A stretch of DNA of 64,000 bases from Candidatus Yanofskybacteria bacterium CG10_big_fil_rev_8_21_14_0_10_36_16 (GCA_002794035.1 PCXQ01000006.1:24533-88532); one strand, 5' to 3'; positions 9,755-18,192 are shown, counted from the stretch's first letter. The notes: generated by a model from the sequence alone, not told the origin. A program made the numbers and translations.

Positions 9755-9772
9755 TAAACTGAGCTCAGTTTA
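9755..9772. promoter_or_regulatory. Perfect 18-bp palindrome TAAACTGAGCTCAGTTTA upstream of the major pilin gene (candidate operator)
   Basis: Perfect dyad seen in the sequence 30 bp upstream of the pilA-like ATG. It is preceded by the hairpin gcccaaaaaatagtttgggc at 9729-9748. Confidence 0.4.
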
Positions 9773-9803
9773 TTTTATTAATTAAAATCAACTAAACTAA
9801 AAA

Positions 9804-10274
9804 ATGAGTAAATTATTTAAGACGAAGAAATCACAGGCAGGGTTCACTCTTATTGAATTATTGGTTGTAATAGGTATTATTGCCATTTTGGCAGCGGTAG
9901 TTATTATCGCCATAAACCCAGCCCGTCAGTTCGCACAAGCCAGAAATACCCAGAGGTGGTCAAATGTTAACGCCATCTTAAATGCTATCGGCCAAAACAT
10001 GGCTGATAACCGTGGTGTATTTAACTGTGGTGTTGCATTGCCAGCATCAGCATCGGTTATGTCTAACACAGGATACAATATATACACCTGTATAGTTCCT
10101 ACTTATATATCAACCTTACCAGTGGATCCTTCAGTTGGAGTTAACAATTCTCCAACAGACTACAATACTGGCTACACTGTAGCAAGAGATGCTTCAACAG
10201 GTAGAATTACTGTTAGTGCTCCTGAAGGATTAAACGAAACCGCAGTTCCAGAAAACATTGGCGTAACTAGGTAG
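9804..10274 (+). CDS. pilA: Type IV major pilin (PilA-like)
   Basis: MSKLFKTKKSQAG|FTLIELLVVIGIIAILAAVVIIAI is the classic type IVa prepilin N-terminus. 156 aa. A strong terminator follows directly. Confidence 0.85.
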   Translation: MSKLFKTKKSQAGFTLIELLVVIGIIAILAAVVIIAINPARQFAQARNTQRWSNVNAILNAIGQNMADNRGVFNCGVALPASASVMSNTGYNIYTCIVPTYISTLPVDPSVGVNNSPTDYNTGYTVARDASTGRITVSAPEGLNETAVPENIGVTR

Positions 10275-10293
10275 TAATTCATATCACAAAACT

Positions 10294-10318
10294 AAAAACC
10301 GCCCACAAGGCGGTTTTT
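10294..10318 (+). terminator. Rho-independent terminator after the major pilin
   Basis: aaaaaccgcc-cacaa-ggcggttttt. Confidence 0.75.
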
Positions 10319-10430
10319 AGTTTTGTGCAATTTAATTTGTGAATATAAAAATTTAAAAATAATGGTATCATTAAAAAAAGACTAAAGATTTCTAACCAAC
10401 TTCTCCTAATTTAAAAAATGGGATTTGAAA

Positions 10431-10466
10431 TTTGATTAGAAATTAGAAATTAGAAATTAGAAATTT
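10431..10466. repeat. Tandem heptamer repeat (TTAGAAA) x4 in a promoter region
   Basis: gattagaaattagaaattagaaattagaaattt. Similar repeats occur at 22560-22590, and (AAAATCC)n at 18039-18072. Confidence 0.7.
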
Positions 10467-10710
10467 AAACATATCAAAAATAAATATAGCAATATTAATT
10501 TCAACAGTACTTCTGGGTATAGCTATATTTCCATATACTGCTAAAGCCCAAGATGTAAAAACATACGAATTTAATCCCGATAAATCTTGGAGATTTATAT
10601 ACCCAAGCGCAGAAACAGTATCTCTCAAATTCCAACCATCAAACGATGCCGTAAACGGTTTTGATCTTTGGATAAACAATGGAGGAAGCCAAGGCCAGGC
10701 AACTTTTGTT

Positions 10711-12192
10711 TTGCGTAATTCATTCGGTACTGTTTTAGCTCAAAAAAATAATGTATTCATAAATCCTATACCTCTAAAGGAAGGCGGTACGCGTTTTCAT
10801 ATAAACCTGCCCGCCCAAGTTCCATTAAACATTAATGAGGTATATGAACTTGAAATAATAAGCGACATGGGAGGATTGGGCCTTTACTATGGAGCGAGCG
10901 TTGAAATACTTCAACACGACTCCGAATACAACATAAGCTATATCCCGGGCAAAGCTGTGATTGATAATGAAGAACAAAGCTGGACCTTTAAGTATGCAAC
11001 CTATGAGAGTCAGGATGCTCAGCCGCCAGAACTATCAAACATTTCAGCAACAGTAACAAACTCAAATACAGTAGAGATAAATTTCAATGCCAACGAGCCT
11101 GTTGACTGGTCAATTCTTTGGGGCTTTGAAGGCCAGGACTATAACCAGCAAACAGGATTTAAAAATTATTACACCTCATGTTTACCCGGTATAGGAACAT
11201 GCAATACACCTCTCCAAGTTAACCCAAATACTGCATATGATTACCAAATCATTGCCAAAGACGAATGGGGAAATATAAGCCAAAGAACAGGCTCTTTTAA
11301 CAGCGCGGTGGTTGATACCGAACCAACACCAACAGGATCACCCGAATCAACACCACCGCCTCAAGAAGTATTCTCAACTCCTCCTGCAATATCAGGCACA
11401 ACAATATCGGAATTAACAGATGATTATGTAAAAATAACCTGGCAAACAAATAAAGCCGCCAACTCCAGCTTGTTGATCAGCCTTGATCAAGACGGGAACA
11501 GTGTTGTTGCTAATGTGGGAGATGCAACTTATGAATTAGCTCACTCGCTAAGCGTCTCGGGTCTTGAACCAAACACTGAATACTTTGCAAGAATAACTTC
11601 AACAAATCCGGGGGTAGCATTCGTAGTCAGCAAAAATCTAGCCACAATAATATCAAGCAGTAACAACGATACATCCTCATGGCAAATATTAACATTCAAA
11701 ACCGCAGAAGCACCCCTACCCGATGAAGCCCCGAACAACGAACAACCCAGCAATAACGAAATTGAAACAAGTCAGGAAACAGATGGGATTGAATCAACTG
11801 TAAATATAAGCTGGCAGGCTCCTTCGGGCGGTGAACCCACGGGCGGATACAGAGTAGATGTTTTTGATGAAAATAATATTTTAGTAAAACAGATAACAGT
11901 TCCCGCAGGCGAGCACAGCACAACGGCCGAAGATTTGCCAAGAGGCGATTACACAGTAGTTGTTTATGAAGACAACGAAGGAACACTAGATAAAATTGCG
12001 CCTCCTGCAATAAGCCGTGCGCCAGAACCATCAATAACAAATACTCAAGTTGTAATAATTGGAATTTTGATTCTTGTCTTGGCAGGACTTATAAAGATCT
12101 GGCTAAGTGTAAGGAAGAAAAATAAGTTCAAAAAAACTATTACACCCCCTTCCTCAGATTCTTCAAGCGGAATAGAGCTTGGACAAATTTAA
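10711..12192 (+). CDS. Cell-surface protein with Fn3-like repeats, Thr/Pro-rich linker and a C-terminal TM anchor; the true start is probably upstream (about 10471), where the frame encodes a signal peptide
   Basis: The frame is open back to the stop at 10450 and encodes KINIAILISTVLLGIAIFPYTAKA|QD, but contains no ATG/GTG/TTG there. Fn3-like segments (VEINFNANEPVDWSILWGF; VKITWQTNKAANSSLLISL; VNISWQAPSGGEPTGGYRVDVFD). C-terminus VVIIGILILVLAGLIKIWLSVRKKNKFKK. Confidence 0.6.
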   Translation: MRNSFGTVLAQKNNVFINPIPLKEGGTRFHINLPAQVPLNINEVYELEIISDMGGLGLYYGASVEILQHDSEYNISYIPGKAVIDNEEQSWTFKYATYESQDAQPPELSNISATVTNSNTVEINFNANEPVDWSILWGFEGQDYNQQTGFKNYYTSCLPGIGTCNTPLQVNPNTAYDYQIIAKDEWGNISQRTGSFNSAVVDTEPTPTGSPESTPPPQEVFSTPPAISGTTISELTDDYVKITWQTNKAANSSLLISLDQDGNSVVANVGDATYELAHSLSVSGLEPNTEYFARITSTNPGVAFVVSKNLATIISSSNNDTSSWQILTFKTAEAPLPDEAPNNEQPSNNEIETSQETDGIESTVNISWQAPSGGEPTGGYRVDVFDENNILVKQITVPAGEHSTTAEDLPRGDYTVVVYEDNEGTLDKIAPPAISRAPEPSITNTQVVIIGILILVLAGLIKIWLSVRKKNKFKKTITPPSSDSSSGIELGQI

Positions 12193-12196
12193 TGTT

Positions 12197-12710
12197 ATGT
12201 TTAAACAAAAAGTATTAAAAATTGTGTCTAATATTCCCAGGGGTCAAACCTTGAGTTATAAAGATGTTGCCCGCCTTGCCGGTTCACCCAACGCCTATAG
12301 AGCAGTCGGCAGCATACTGAACAAAAACTATAATAGGGGGTGCAGAATACTAATTATTATCGCTTGAGAAGTCCAAAAACGAAATGATTTCGAGGCGCGA
12401 TGACGAAGATGTAGATTCTACATCAAGGAGGAGTAACAAAAAAAATCATTCATTTTTGGACTTCCCTATGGGCGGGCTGATTTTAACCTTATTCTTTGTT
12501 GTTCGTCATTCATGTACCATCAAGTACACATCATTCCTCATGCCTCGAATAAGATTAAAATCAGCTACGCTCAAATGATAATAATTAGTATTCCGCACCC
12601 CCAACATACCCTGTCATCGTGTAATTAAATCAAATGGCATGCTTGGCGGTTACAACAAAGGCCTCGCACTAAAAACAGAAACTCTAAAAAAAGAAGGATA
12701 CATAAAATAG
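12197..12710 (+). pseudogene. MGMT/alkyltransferase-like gene (DNA-binding domain with PCHRV active site) split by a 268-bp inserted element
   Basis: Upstream part ...YKDVARLAGSPNAYRAVGSILNKNYN. After the insert the frame resumes NIPCHRVIKSNGMLGGYNKGLALKTETLKKEGYIK*. Removing 12335-12602 restores one continuous ~88-aa ORF. Confidence 0.65.
12335..12602. mobile_element. MITE-like insertion (268 bp) with 26/27-bp terminal inverted repeats and nested internal inverted repeats
   Basis: Left end AGGGGGTGCAGAATACTAATTATTATC; right end GATAATAATTAGTATTCCGCACCCCC (1 mismatch). Internal inverted repeats gaagtccaaaaa/tttttggacttc and ttcgaggc/gcctcgaa. No transposase ORF. Confidence 0.6.
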
Positions 12711-12846
12711 ATATTTTTTGCTTCTTATAAGCCCCAAAATAAAGCAATAGGGGGTTGACAATCTGCCAATAAAATGCTAAGAATATACTATAGAACCTCA
12801 TCTTCGGATAAGGTTTTTGTTTTTTAAAAAATAAATAAGGGGGAGA

Positions 12847-13890
12847 ATGATTCTAAACTTAAAGAAACCAAGGATTTGTGTTTTAATCCCGGCACATAAC
12901 GAAGAATTAACTTTGGGCAGGTCCATAAAAAGCCTGTTTGAATCTGGGATTGACCCTTCTGACATATACGTGATAAACGATTATTCAACAGACAACACTG
13001 CGAATGTTGCTACAAAACTTGGAGTTAATATTTTAAACAATATTAAAAACATAGGGAAAGGAGGCAGTATTGAACATGGCATAAAAGAGCTCAAAATTTG
13101 TACAAATTATGAGTTCGCGCTCTTTTTAGATGCTGATACCGTGATTGATAAGGACTATTTTTACTGGACCATGGAAAGGTTTGGTTCTGATTATAGCATT
13201 GTTGCCGTACCCGGTCAGCCCAAAAGCATTCAACACAATTGGCTGACGGCCCACAGAGCTTTGCAATATTTTACGTCATGTTCAATCTATAAAGGCGGGC
13301 AATCAGCAATGGGTGTTATAACTGTTGCACCTGGTTGTTCTACAACATTTAAGACTAAGGTTTTGCCTGAACTTAACTGGAATAACGGAACACTGGTAGA
13401 AGACATGGATGTTACCATGCAAATCTATCGTAAAAAACTGGGTAAAATAGCATACGAACCAAAAGCTGTGGTACACACCCAAGACCCAATGACCATAAGT
13501 GACTACTGGAAACAAATGAACCGATGGTATTGCGGAACTTGGCAGGTTGCAAAAAACCATAACGTACCATTCGGTTTTTCTAGAATTGATATTGAGTTGT
13601 TATTTCTTTTAGCCGAAGGAATGATCTTCGGATTATTGTTTACAGCCATACCCTTAATAGCCATAATCTATCCAAATCTAATAAGTCTTCTTATTATAAC
13701 TGACCAAACCATCTTATTGTTGTTTGCTTTAATGCTGGGAATTAGGGACAAAAGATCAGATGTTCTAAGGTTTTTTTGGTCTTTTATATTTCTAAGATTT
13801 GTTGATTGTTTTGTTTTGTTATTAAGTTTTTGGAAAATCATCATACAAGACAAGAAAAGAATTGGGTGGTTTAGCCCTGCCAGATATTAA
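12847..13890 (+). CDS. Processive family-2 glycosyltransferase (cellulose/chitin/PNAG-synthase-like) with C-terminal TM helices
   Basis: RBS AAGGGGGAG. ICVLIPAHNEE; DxD in FLDADTV; ED in TLVEDMDV; Q(M)NRW matches the QxxRW motif; four C-terminal hydrophobic segments. Confidence 0.8.
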   Translation: MILNLKKPRICVLIPAHNEELTLGRSIKSLFESGIDPSDIYVINDYSTDNTANVATKLGVNILNNIKNIGKGGSIEHGIKELKICTNYEFALFLDADTVIDKDYFYWTMERFGSDYSIVAVPGQPKSIQHNWLTAHRALQYFTSCSIYKGGQSAMGVITVAPGCSTTFKTKVLPELNWNNGTLVEDMDVTMQIYRKKLGKIAYEPKAVVHTQDPMTISDYWKQMNRWYCGTWQVAKNHNVPFGFSRIDIELLFLLAEGMIFGLLFTAIPLIAIIYPNLISLLIITDQTILLLFALMLGIRDKRSDVLRFFWSFIFLRFVDCFVLLLSFWKIIIQDKKRIGWFSPARY

Positions 13891-13912
13891 ATATAGTGAA
13901 GAAGGAGGAGAA

Positions 13913-14365
13913 ATGTTTAAAAAAATCTTTTTGTTCATTATGCTGATGATTTGGGTTAAGTCATTTCTTTTTGCTCAAAGACTTGGAGAAGATTATATTG
14001 TACACAATCTTCATAATCCATATATCTTATTCTTAATTGTAAGCACAATTATTTTAATTATTGTACTTACATTTCGGCTTATCTCTTACATATCAAAATG
14101 GTCAGGTAGACCGGTTCTAAAAATGTTAGAGCCAATAATGGTTAACCCTACATTAAACGATCTAAAGAATAAAAAAAAGCCCGTAGATATACTTCTAACT
14201 CTAAACCGAGAACGTAAGACTGTAAGGTGTATAGTAGCTGAAAACCCAAGAGGTAATGATTTGCCTCCTGTAGTTTATTTCGAAGGATCTAACCATCCTG
14301 TAAGCTGGGAAAAAAGAAAATTAGGCGCAGCCCAAACCCTACCTAAAAGTTCCAAAACGTTTTAA
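13913..14365 (+). CDS. Small membrane protein of unknown function (possible accessory subunit of the synthase)
   Basis: ATG preceded by GAAGGAGGAG. Two TM segments followed by a soluble C-terminus. Confidence 0.5.
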   Translation: MFKKIFLFIMLMIWVKSFLFAQRLGEDYIVHNLHNPYILFLIVSTIILIIVLTFRLISYISKWSGRPVLKMLEPIMVNPTLNDLKNKKKPVDILLTLNRERKTVRCIVAENPRGNDLPPVVYFEGSNHPVSWEKRKLGAAQTLPKSSKTF

Positions 14366-14436
14366 TGTTGTGATATTGTAATTAGCCTGAATATAGTTTT
14401 TATTGTCACGACCAATCTGTTAACACTAACAAAAAC

Positions 14437-14543
14437 TTCATTGCCCTTCACCGGGGATGATCACGAGTGTTTAGTGTTCGGCCAAATAAGTTTTAACTAA
14501 AGAAAATGGACGGTTCATTGCCCTTCACCGGGGATGATCACGA
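14437..14543. repeat. Two copies of a 30-bp direct repeat TTCATTGCCCTTCACCGGGGATGATCACGA separated by 47 bp
   Basis: Exact copies at 14437-14466 and 14514-14543, lying between the synthase cluster and the LysM gene. Confidence 0.6.
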
Positions 14544-14668
14544 AAATTTTCTGGAGTTACTGCACTTCACAGGCTAATTACCAATTGTTGCAACAACAAA
14601 ACATTCAGGACAAACAACGAATATTAAGAAAGATTTCTTAATTTAGACAAGACAAAGGAGGAAACACC

Positions 14669-16165
14669 ATGAGAAAGCATCGGGAGATCAAAATCGCTGT
14701 TGTGGCTTTGGCCATATTAGCTGTTGTAGTATTTTTTGGTCGCGCATGTTCTTGGACATTAGATAAGTCTGAGTCAGAAAATACAACCTTAAATAATCAG
14801 GAAGAAACGCGAATTTCTTCAATGGAAGCAACGATAAAGAGTCTTGATGAGGAAAGGGCGAAATTAATTATTGAATTAAATCAGGAAAAAAATCGTACCA
14901 AATGCGGTAACAAACCCTGTGATGGAAGATGTTATGGCGTTCAAAGAGGCGATAATCTATCGTCCATCGCCCTTCGTTTTTACGGCAAAGTGTCTGCACT
15001 TAAAAAAATTGCTGAAGTTAATGGAATTAAAAACTCTGATGAGATTTTTGCTGAGTCATGCATCTGTCTGCCGGCTGAAGTTGAAGGAAGTAAACTAAAT
15101 GACAAAAACACAAAAAAGAAAGCAACTAGAGTCGGCCACGCAAAAACTGATCGGCCTTATTGGAGCTTGATGTATCCCACAATACCGACTCCTATTGTGG
15201 TTGTAGAATCTCCGAAACAACTTGCTGTGGCAAAACTGCCTAGGGTTGAAACAAAAGTTATTGAAAATAAACCCGTTGAAGAAGTTGGCCAAGCACCCAG
15301 CATTAGACCGGGTTTGCTAATGGAACAAAAAGCTCAAACAGCCTTAGCATTAATGCATGCGTTGCCACCTAAACCAAGCACACCCCAAGAACAGCCAGCA
15401 AAAACTGAGGGGACGCAAAAACCAAAGACAAATCCTCCTCTTGTTCTTCCAGGAAGCGCTTGGAATTCAAGCGGTAACTTATCACCTGTTGAAGAAGGCA
15501 ATTTTCAAAATTATTCTTATGTAGAACAAGGAATAACAGTTTGGAGAAACAATAAGTGGTCTCTGGTTCCTTATGTTTCAGTTTCAAACTCTGTAGATAC
15601 AAAGGGTTATAGCTGGAATAACAGAATCACTGGTCAGTTGGGAACCAAGATGGTAAAAAGTTTTGGCAACGGACTGGTTCAATTCGGTGGCGGATACATG
15701 CACGAAAATCGACGTGTCTCCGATCAAAATGAAGGTCAAGCTTTTGGCTTCGGGAGTTACTGGTTTGGATGGGATACACCAAGCTCCAATAAGGCCGAAG
15801 GGCTTTTCTCTGCATTTCCCGGTTCAAGCTGGGGAATGATAGGGAACACTTCTCCCGCTGAAGAAAATAATATTATTGGCACTGTTTATTTACAGCAGGG
15901 CGTTACCTTGGCAAAAATTAATCGAGTATCATTAATACCTTTTGTTGAAAACACCGTCAGTTTTGACACTAAAGATTACGCATGGAACAACAGAAACACA
16001 TGGGGAGCAGGCATCAAAGCATCTGTTCCTGTAAAATCCGGAATAGTTGAAATTGGGGCTAAACACTTAGATGAATATCGCTGGCAAGTTGGAAAACGTG
16101 CCAGTGGAGTAACAGGTTTTGTTAATCTGTGGTTTGGTTGGAATCCACCCTGGAAAAATCAATAA
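14669..16165 (+). CDS. LysM-domain protein with N-terminal TM/signal, Pro/Thr-rich linker and an internally duplicated ~110-aa C-terminal domain
   Basis: RBS AAGGAGGAAACACC-ATG. LysM: YGVQRGDNLSSIALRFYGKVSALKKIAEVNGI. Two repeats share ...NNR(I/N)TG..G.K..V.....V..G..H..E.R......A.G.TGF.N.WFGW. Confidence 0.7.
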   Translation: MRKHREIKIAVVALAILAVVVFFGRACSWTLDKSESENTTLNNQEETRISSMEATIKSLDEERAKLIIELNQEKNRTKCGNKPCDGRCYGVQRGDNLSSIALRFYGKVSALKKIAEVNGIKNSDEIFAESCICLPAEVEGSKLNDKNTKKKATRVGHAKTDRPYWSLMYPTIPTPIVVVESPKQLAVAKLPRVETKVIENKPVEEVGQAPSIRPGLLMEQKAQTALALMHALPPKPSTPQEQPAKTEGTQKPKTNPPLVLPGSAWNSSGNLSPVEEGNFQNYSYVEQGITVWRNNKWSLVPYVSVSNSVDTKGYSWNNRITGQLGTKMVKSFGNGLVQFGGGYMHENRRVSDQNEGQAFGFGSYWFGWDTPSSNKAEGLFSAFPGSSWGMIGNTSPAEENNIIGTVYLQQGVTLAKINRVSLIPFVENTVSFDTKDYAWNNRNTWGAGIKASVPVKSGIVEIGAKHLDEYRWQVGKRASGVTGFVNLWFGWNPPWKNQ

Positions 16166-16177
16166 GGAGGAGAACAT

Positions 16178-16604
16178 GTACATACCTGGAGTCGGAAGCT
16201 GTTCAACATTTATTCATTTAATTGCACAATATCCTAAAGTCGCAGCCGGAATAGGTCTGCTGGCAACAATTGGCATTGTTACATCACCCGTAGGACCCGG
16301 TAAGTACGCAGGGTCAGAAAAAATATTAGAGAATTATGAAATATCTCTCGTGTCCGGCAACTTAGCCATGGACGAGACCAAGATTAATGATGTATTTGAA
16401 AGTGTTGCAAGCCAACACAATATTTCAAATGAGAATATTGCTCACATCCTTAAAACTTGTGAGAAATGTTCCGACATTGAATTAGAAAATGTATTAGCGG
16501 ACGATAATTTATACAAAAAAGTCGCCTACCTATATTTCTTGGACCTTGTCCATAAAAATGACGGCAACTTGGAAAAAGCCGCTAAAGCATTCCTCATTAA
16601 ATAA
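16178..16604 (+). CDS. Hypothetical protein (142 aa)
   Basis: ATG with RBS AAGGAGGAG; a terminator follows. No recognisable motifs. Confidence 0.5.
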
Positions 16605-16644
16605 AAACAGCTCTTTTAACAGTTCTTTTTAGAAAAACAAAACA

Positions 16645-16672
16645 AAGACCTCGCCTTGGCGGGGTCTTTTTT
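16645..16672 (+). terminator. Rho-independent terminator
   Basis: agacctcgcc-ttgg-cggggtcttttttt. Confidence 0.6.
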
Positions 16673-16674
16673 AT

Positions 16675-16700
16675 CCCCACACTCATGCATGAGTGTGGGG
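16675..16700. repeat. Palindromic element CCCCACACTCATG|CATGAGTGTGGGG (member of a CCCCAC...GTGGGG hairpin family)
   Basis: Perfect 26-bp palindrome. Related elements at 22372-22387 and 24344-24396. Confidence 0.6.
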
Positions 16701-16846
16701 ATTTATTTATGTTGGAATTAGCTTTATTTTATGTTAATTTATAAACAACATGTCCCATTAACAATACACGAGGTGATTAACCTATAACAATTATCAAATT
16801 GTGATTGAATTAATTCAGTTACAATAATTATTTGTTATAAATTAAT

Positions 16847-17059
16847 TTGATAGATTTAACCTCAACAGAAAATCAGTTTATTTTGATTCTGCTTATTGTA
16901 TGGACCTTACCATGGAAAGGCCTTGCATTGTGGAAGTCTGCCCAAAGAAAAGAAAAATGGTGGTTTATTGCCATGTTATTAACCAATACTCTTGGGGTAT
17001 TGGAAATACTTTATCTATACATCTTCAGCAAAAGAAACGATAAGCAAAAAGTGGATTAA
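16847..17059 (+). CDS. Small two-TM membrane protein (short conserved-hypothetical type)
   Basis: TTG start. ILILLIVWTLPWKGLALWKSAQRKEKWWFIAMLLTNTLGVLEILYL. Confidence 0.4.
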   Translation: MIDLTSTENQFILILLIVWTLPWKGLALWKSAQRKEKWWFIAMLLTNTLGVLEILYLYIFSKRNDKQKVD

Positions 17060-17166
17060 TTTTAATTTATTTTGTGATAACATTAAAAATAGTTTTCAAG
17101 TTATAGTTAATAGCTTATAGTTTCCACAATAAGAAACTACTAGGGTAAAGACTATAGCCTTACAGT

Positions 17167-17439
17167 ATGCCTGATTTAGAACAATACAAAGCTCTTATGA
17201 GTGACATTATTAGCAAACAAGCCGTAATATTAGGTCCTGATATTGCTGTTTTACGTGCTCGTAACGTTGAGGGCTTGGAAGTTTCGAATGAAGGAAGGGT
17301 GACAGACATCAAGGGCGATCCAGGCCAATCCTTGGAACAGTTGGTTGATGAGTATGTAAGCTTATCCGGCCAAATTGTAAAAAGTGCACTGGGGTCGGTA
17401 TTTGAAAAACATCCGGACATAAAAAACGTTATTCAATAA
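17167..17439 (+). CDS. Hypothetical protein (90 aa)
   Basis: ORF only; weak RBS. Confidence 0.3.
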   Translation: MPDLEQYKALMSDIISKQAVILGPDIAVLRARNVEGLEVSNEGRVTDIKGDPGQSLEQLVDEYVSLSGQIVKSALGSVFEKHPDIKNVIQ

Positions 17440-17508
17440 CGTTAGACTATTTAATACACGGAACTTCTCAGTTTCAAAATTGGCGATATTGATTTCGGTT
17501 GGCAACCC

Positions 17509-17973
17509 ATGTACCCAAATGGGAACAAGGATAATCTTCTCGAAATCATACAAGAAATGCCTAAAACAATTTACAAAAAAATGTCAGCTTCTCATATTAT
17601 TACAGCATCTTTTATTATGGGTTTCCCTATGTATGCAGCAGCTGCCCAGCAATCAATAAACAAAGGGGCAGAATCAGCTTTCATCAATATGATACCAGGC
17701 TGGATATCTCTAGCTGGGGGGATTATTGTCTTGGTATTGGCATTCAAGTACATGAAGGGGGGGAGTCTGGCAAAGCCCTTTGCGCTTATTGGTATAGGTG
17801 CCTTAATTGATTCATTTGGACAAATTTTAGACTCTTTAGCCACAACAAATTTAATAGCTTCACCTGACTACCTAACCCAGATCGTATGGTTTGCGAGTTT
17901 AATATTTAGGTTCTCTGTAGTAATGGGCGTCGTGTGGATAGCTAATGTATTTGGCGTGCTAAGAAGCAGATAA
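17509..17973 (+). CDS. Hypothetical membrane protein
   Basis: Multiple hydrophobic segments; the start is uncertain (internal ATGs at MPKT..., MSAS...). Confidence 0.4.
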   Translation: MYPNGNKDNLLEIIQEMPKTIYKKMSASHIITASFIMGFPMYAAAAQQSINKGAESAFINMIPGWISLAGGIIVLVLAFKYMKGGSLAKPFALIGIGALIDSFGQILDSLATTNLIASPDYLTQIVWFASLIFRFSVVMGVVWIANVFGVLRSR

Positions 17974-18036
17974 ATAAAAATCATTAGATTCATTGTGCAC
18001 AGCAACATTTTTTGTTTTGGAATTATTTTTTTTAAA

Positions 18037-18170
18037 CTCAAAATCCAAAATCCAAAATCCAAAATCCAAACCAATTTTTAATTTCAAAATCCAAATTTTT
18101 GAACAACAATTTAAAATTTTTGGATTTTAGATTTAGTTTGATTTTTGAGTTTTGGGTTTTGGATTTTTTA
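18037..18170. repeat. (AAAATCC)n tandem repeat with an inverted partner, forming a long imperfect AT-rich dyad upstream of the histidine kinase gene
   Basis: caaaatccaaaatccaaaatccaaaatccaaacc at 18039-18072; inverted copy ttttgagttttgggttttggatttttt at 18136-18168. Confidence 0.6.
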
Positions 18171-18192
18171 AATATTAAACGCTATTTAAAAA

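Noticed and set aside
12384-12578. 64-aa ORF inside the inverted-repeat element
   Set aside because: Lies entirely within a non-autonomous TIR element made of nested inverted repeats; no motif; likely non-coding.
12335-12602. Interpretation of the 268-bp insert as a group I/II intron or intein
   Set aside because: Perfect 26-bp terminal inverted repeats and nested IRs are a transposon/MITE hallmark, not intron structure. The insert is not in frame with an intein-like ORF. Splicing is not excluded experimentally.
14437-14543. Possible CRISPR array
   Set aside because: Only two repeat copies and one spacer; no cas genes in the window. Kept as a repeat observation, not called CRISPR.
16119-16177. 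Upstream extension of the 16178 gene (ORF track start 16119, overlapping the LysM gene)
   Set aside because: ATG at 16178 has a strong AAGGAGGAG RBS at ideal spacing; the extension overlaps the preceding gene's 3-prime end.
18037-18170. AT-rich tandem repeats as microsatellite-type selfish DNA or a replication origin
   Set aside because: Short (4-5 units), located precisely in promoter regions with an inverted partner; no DnaA-box-like 9-mers noted. A regulatory or phase-variation role is more plausible.
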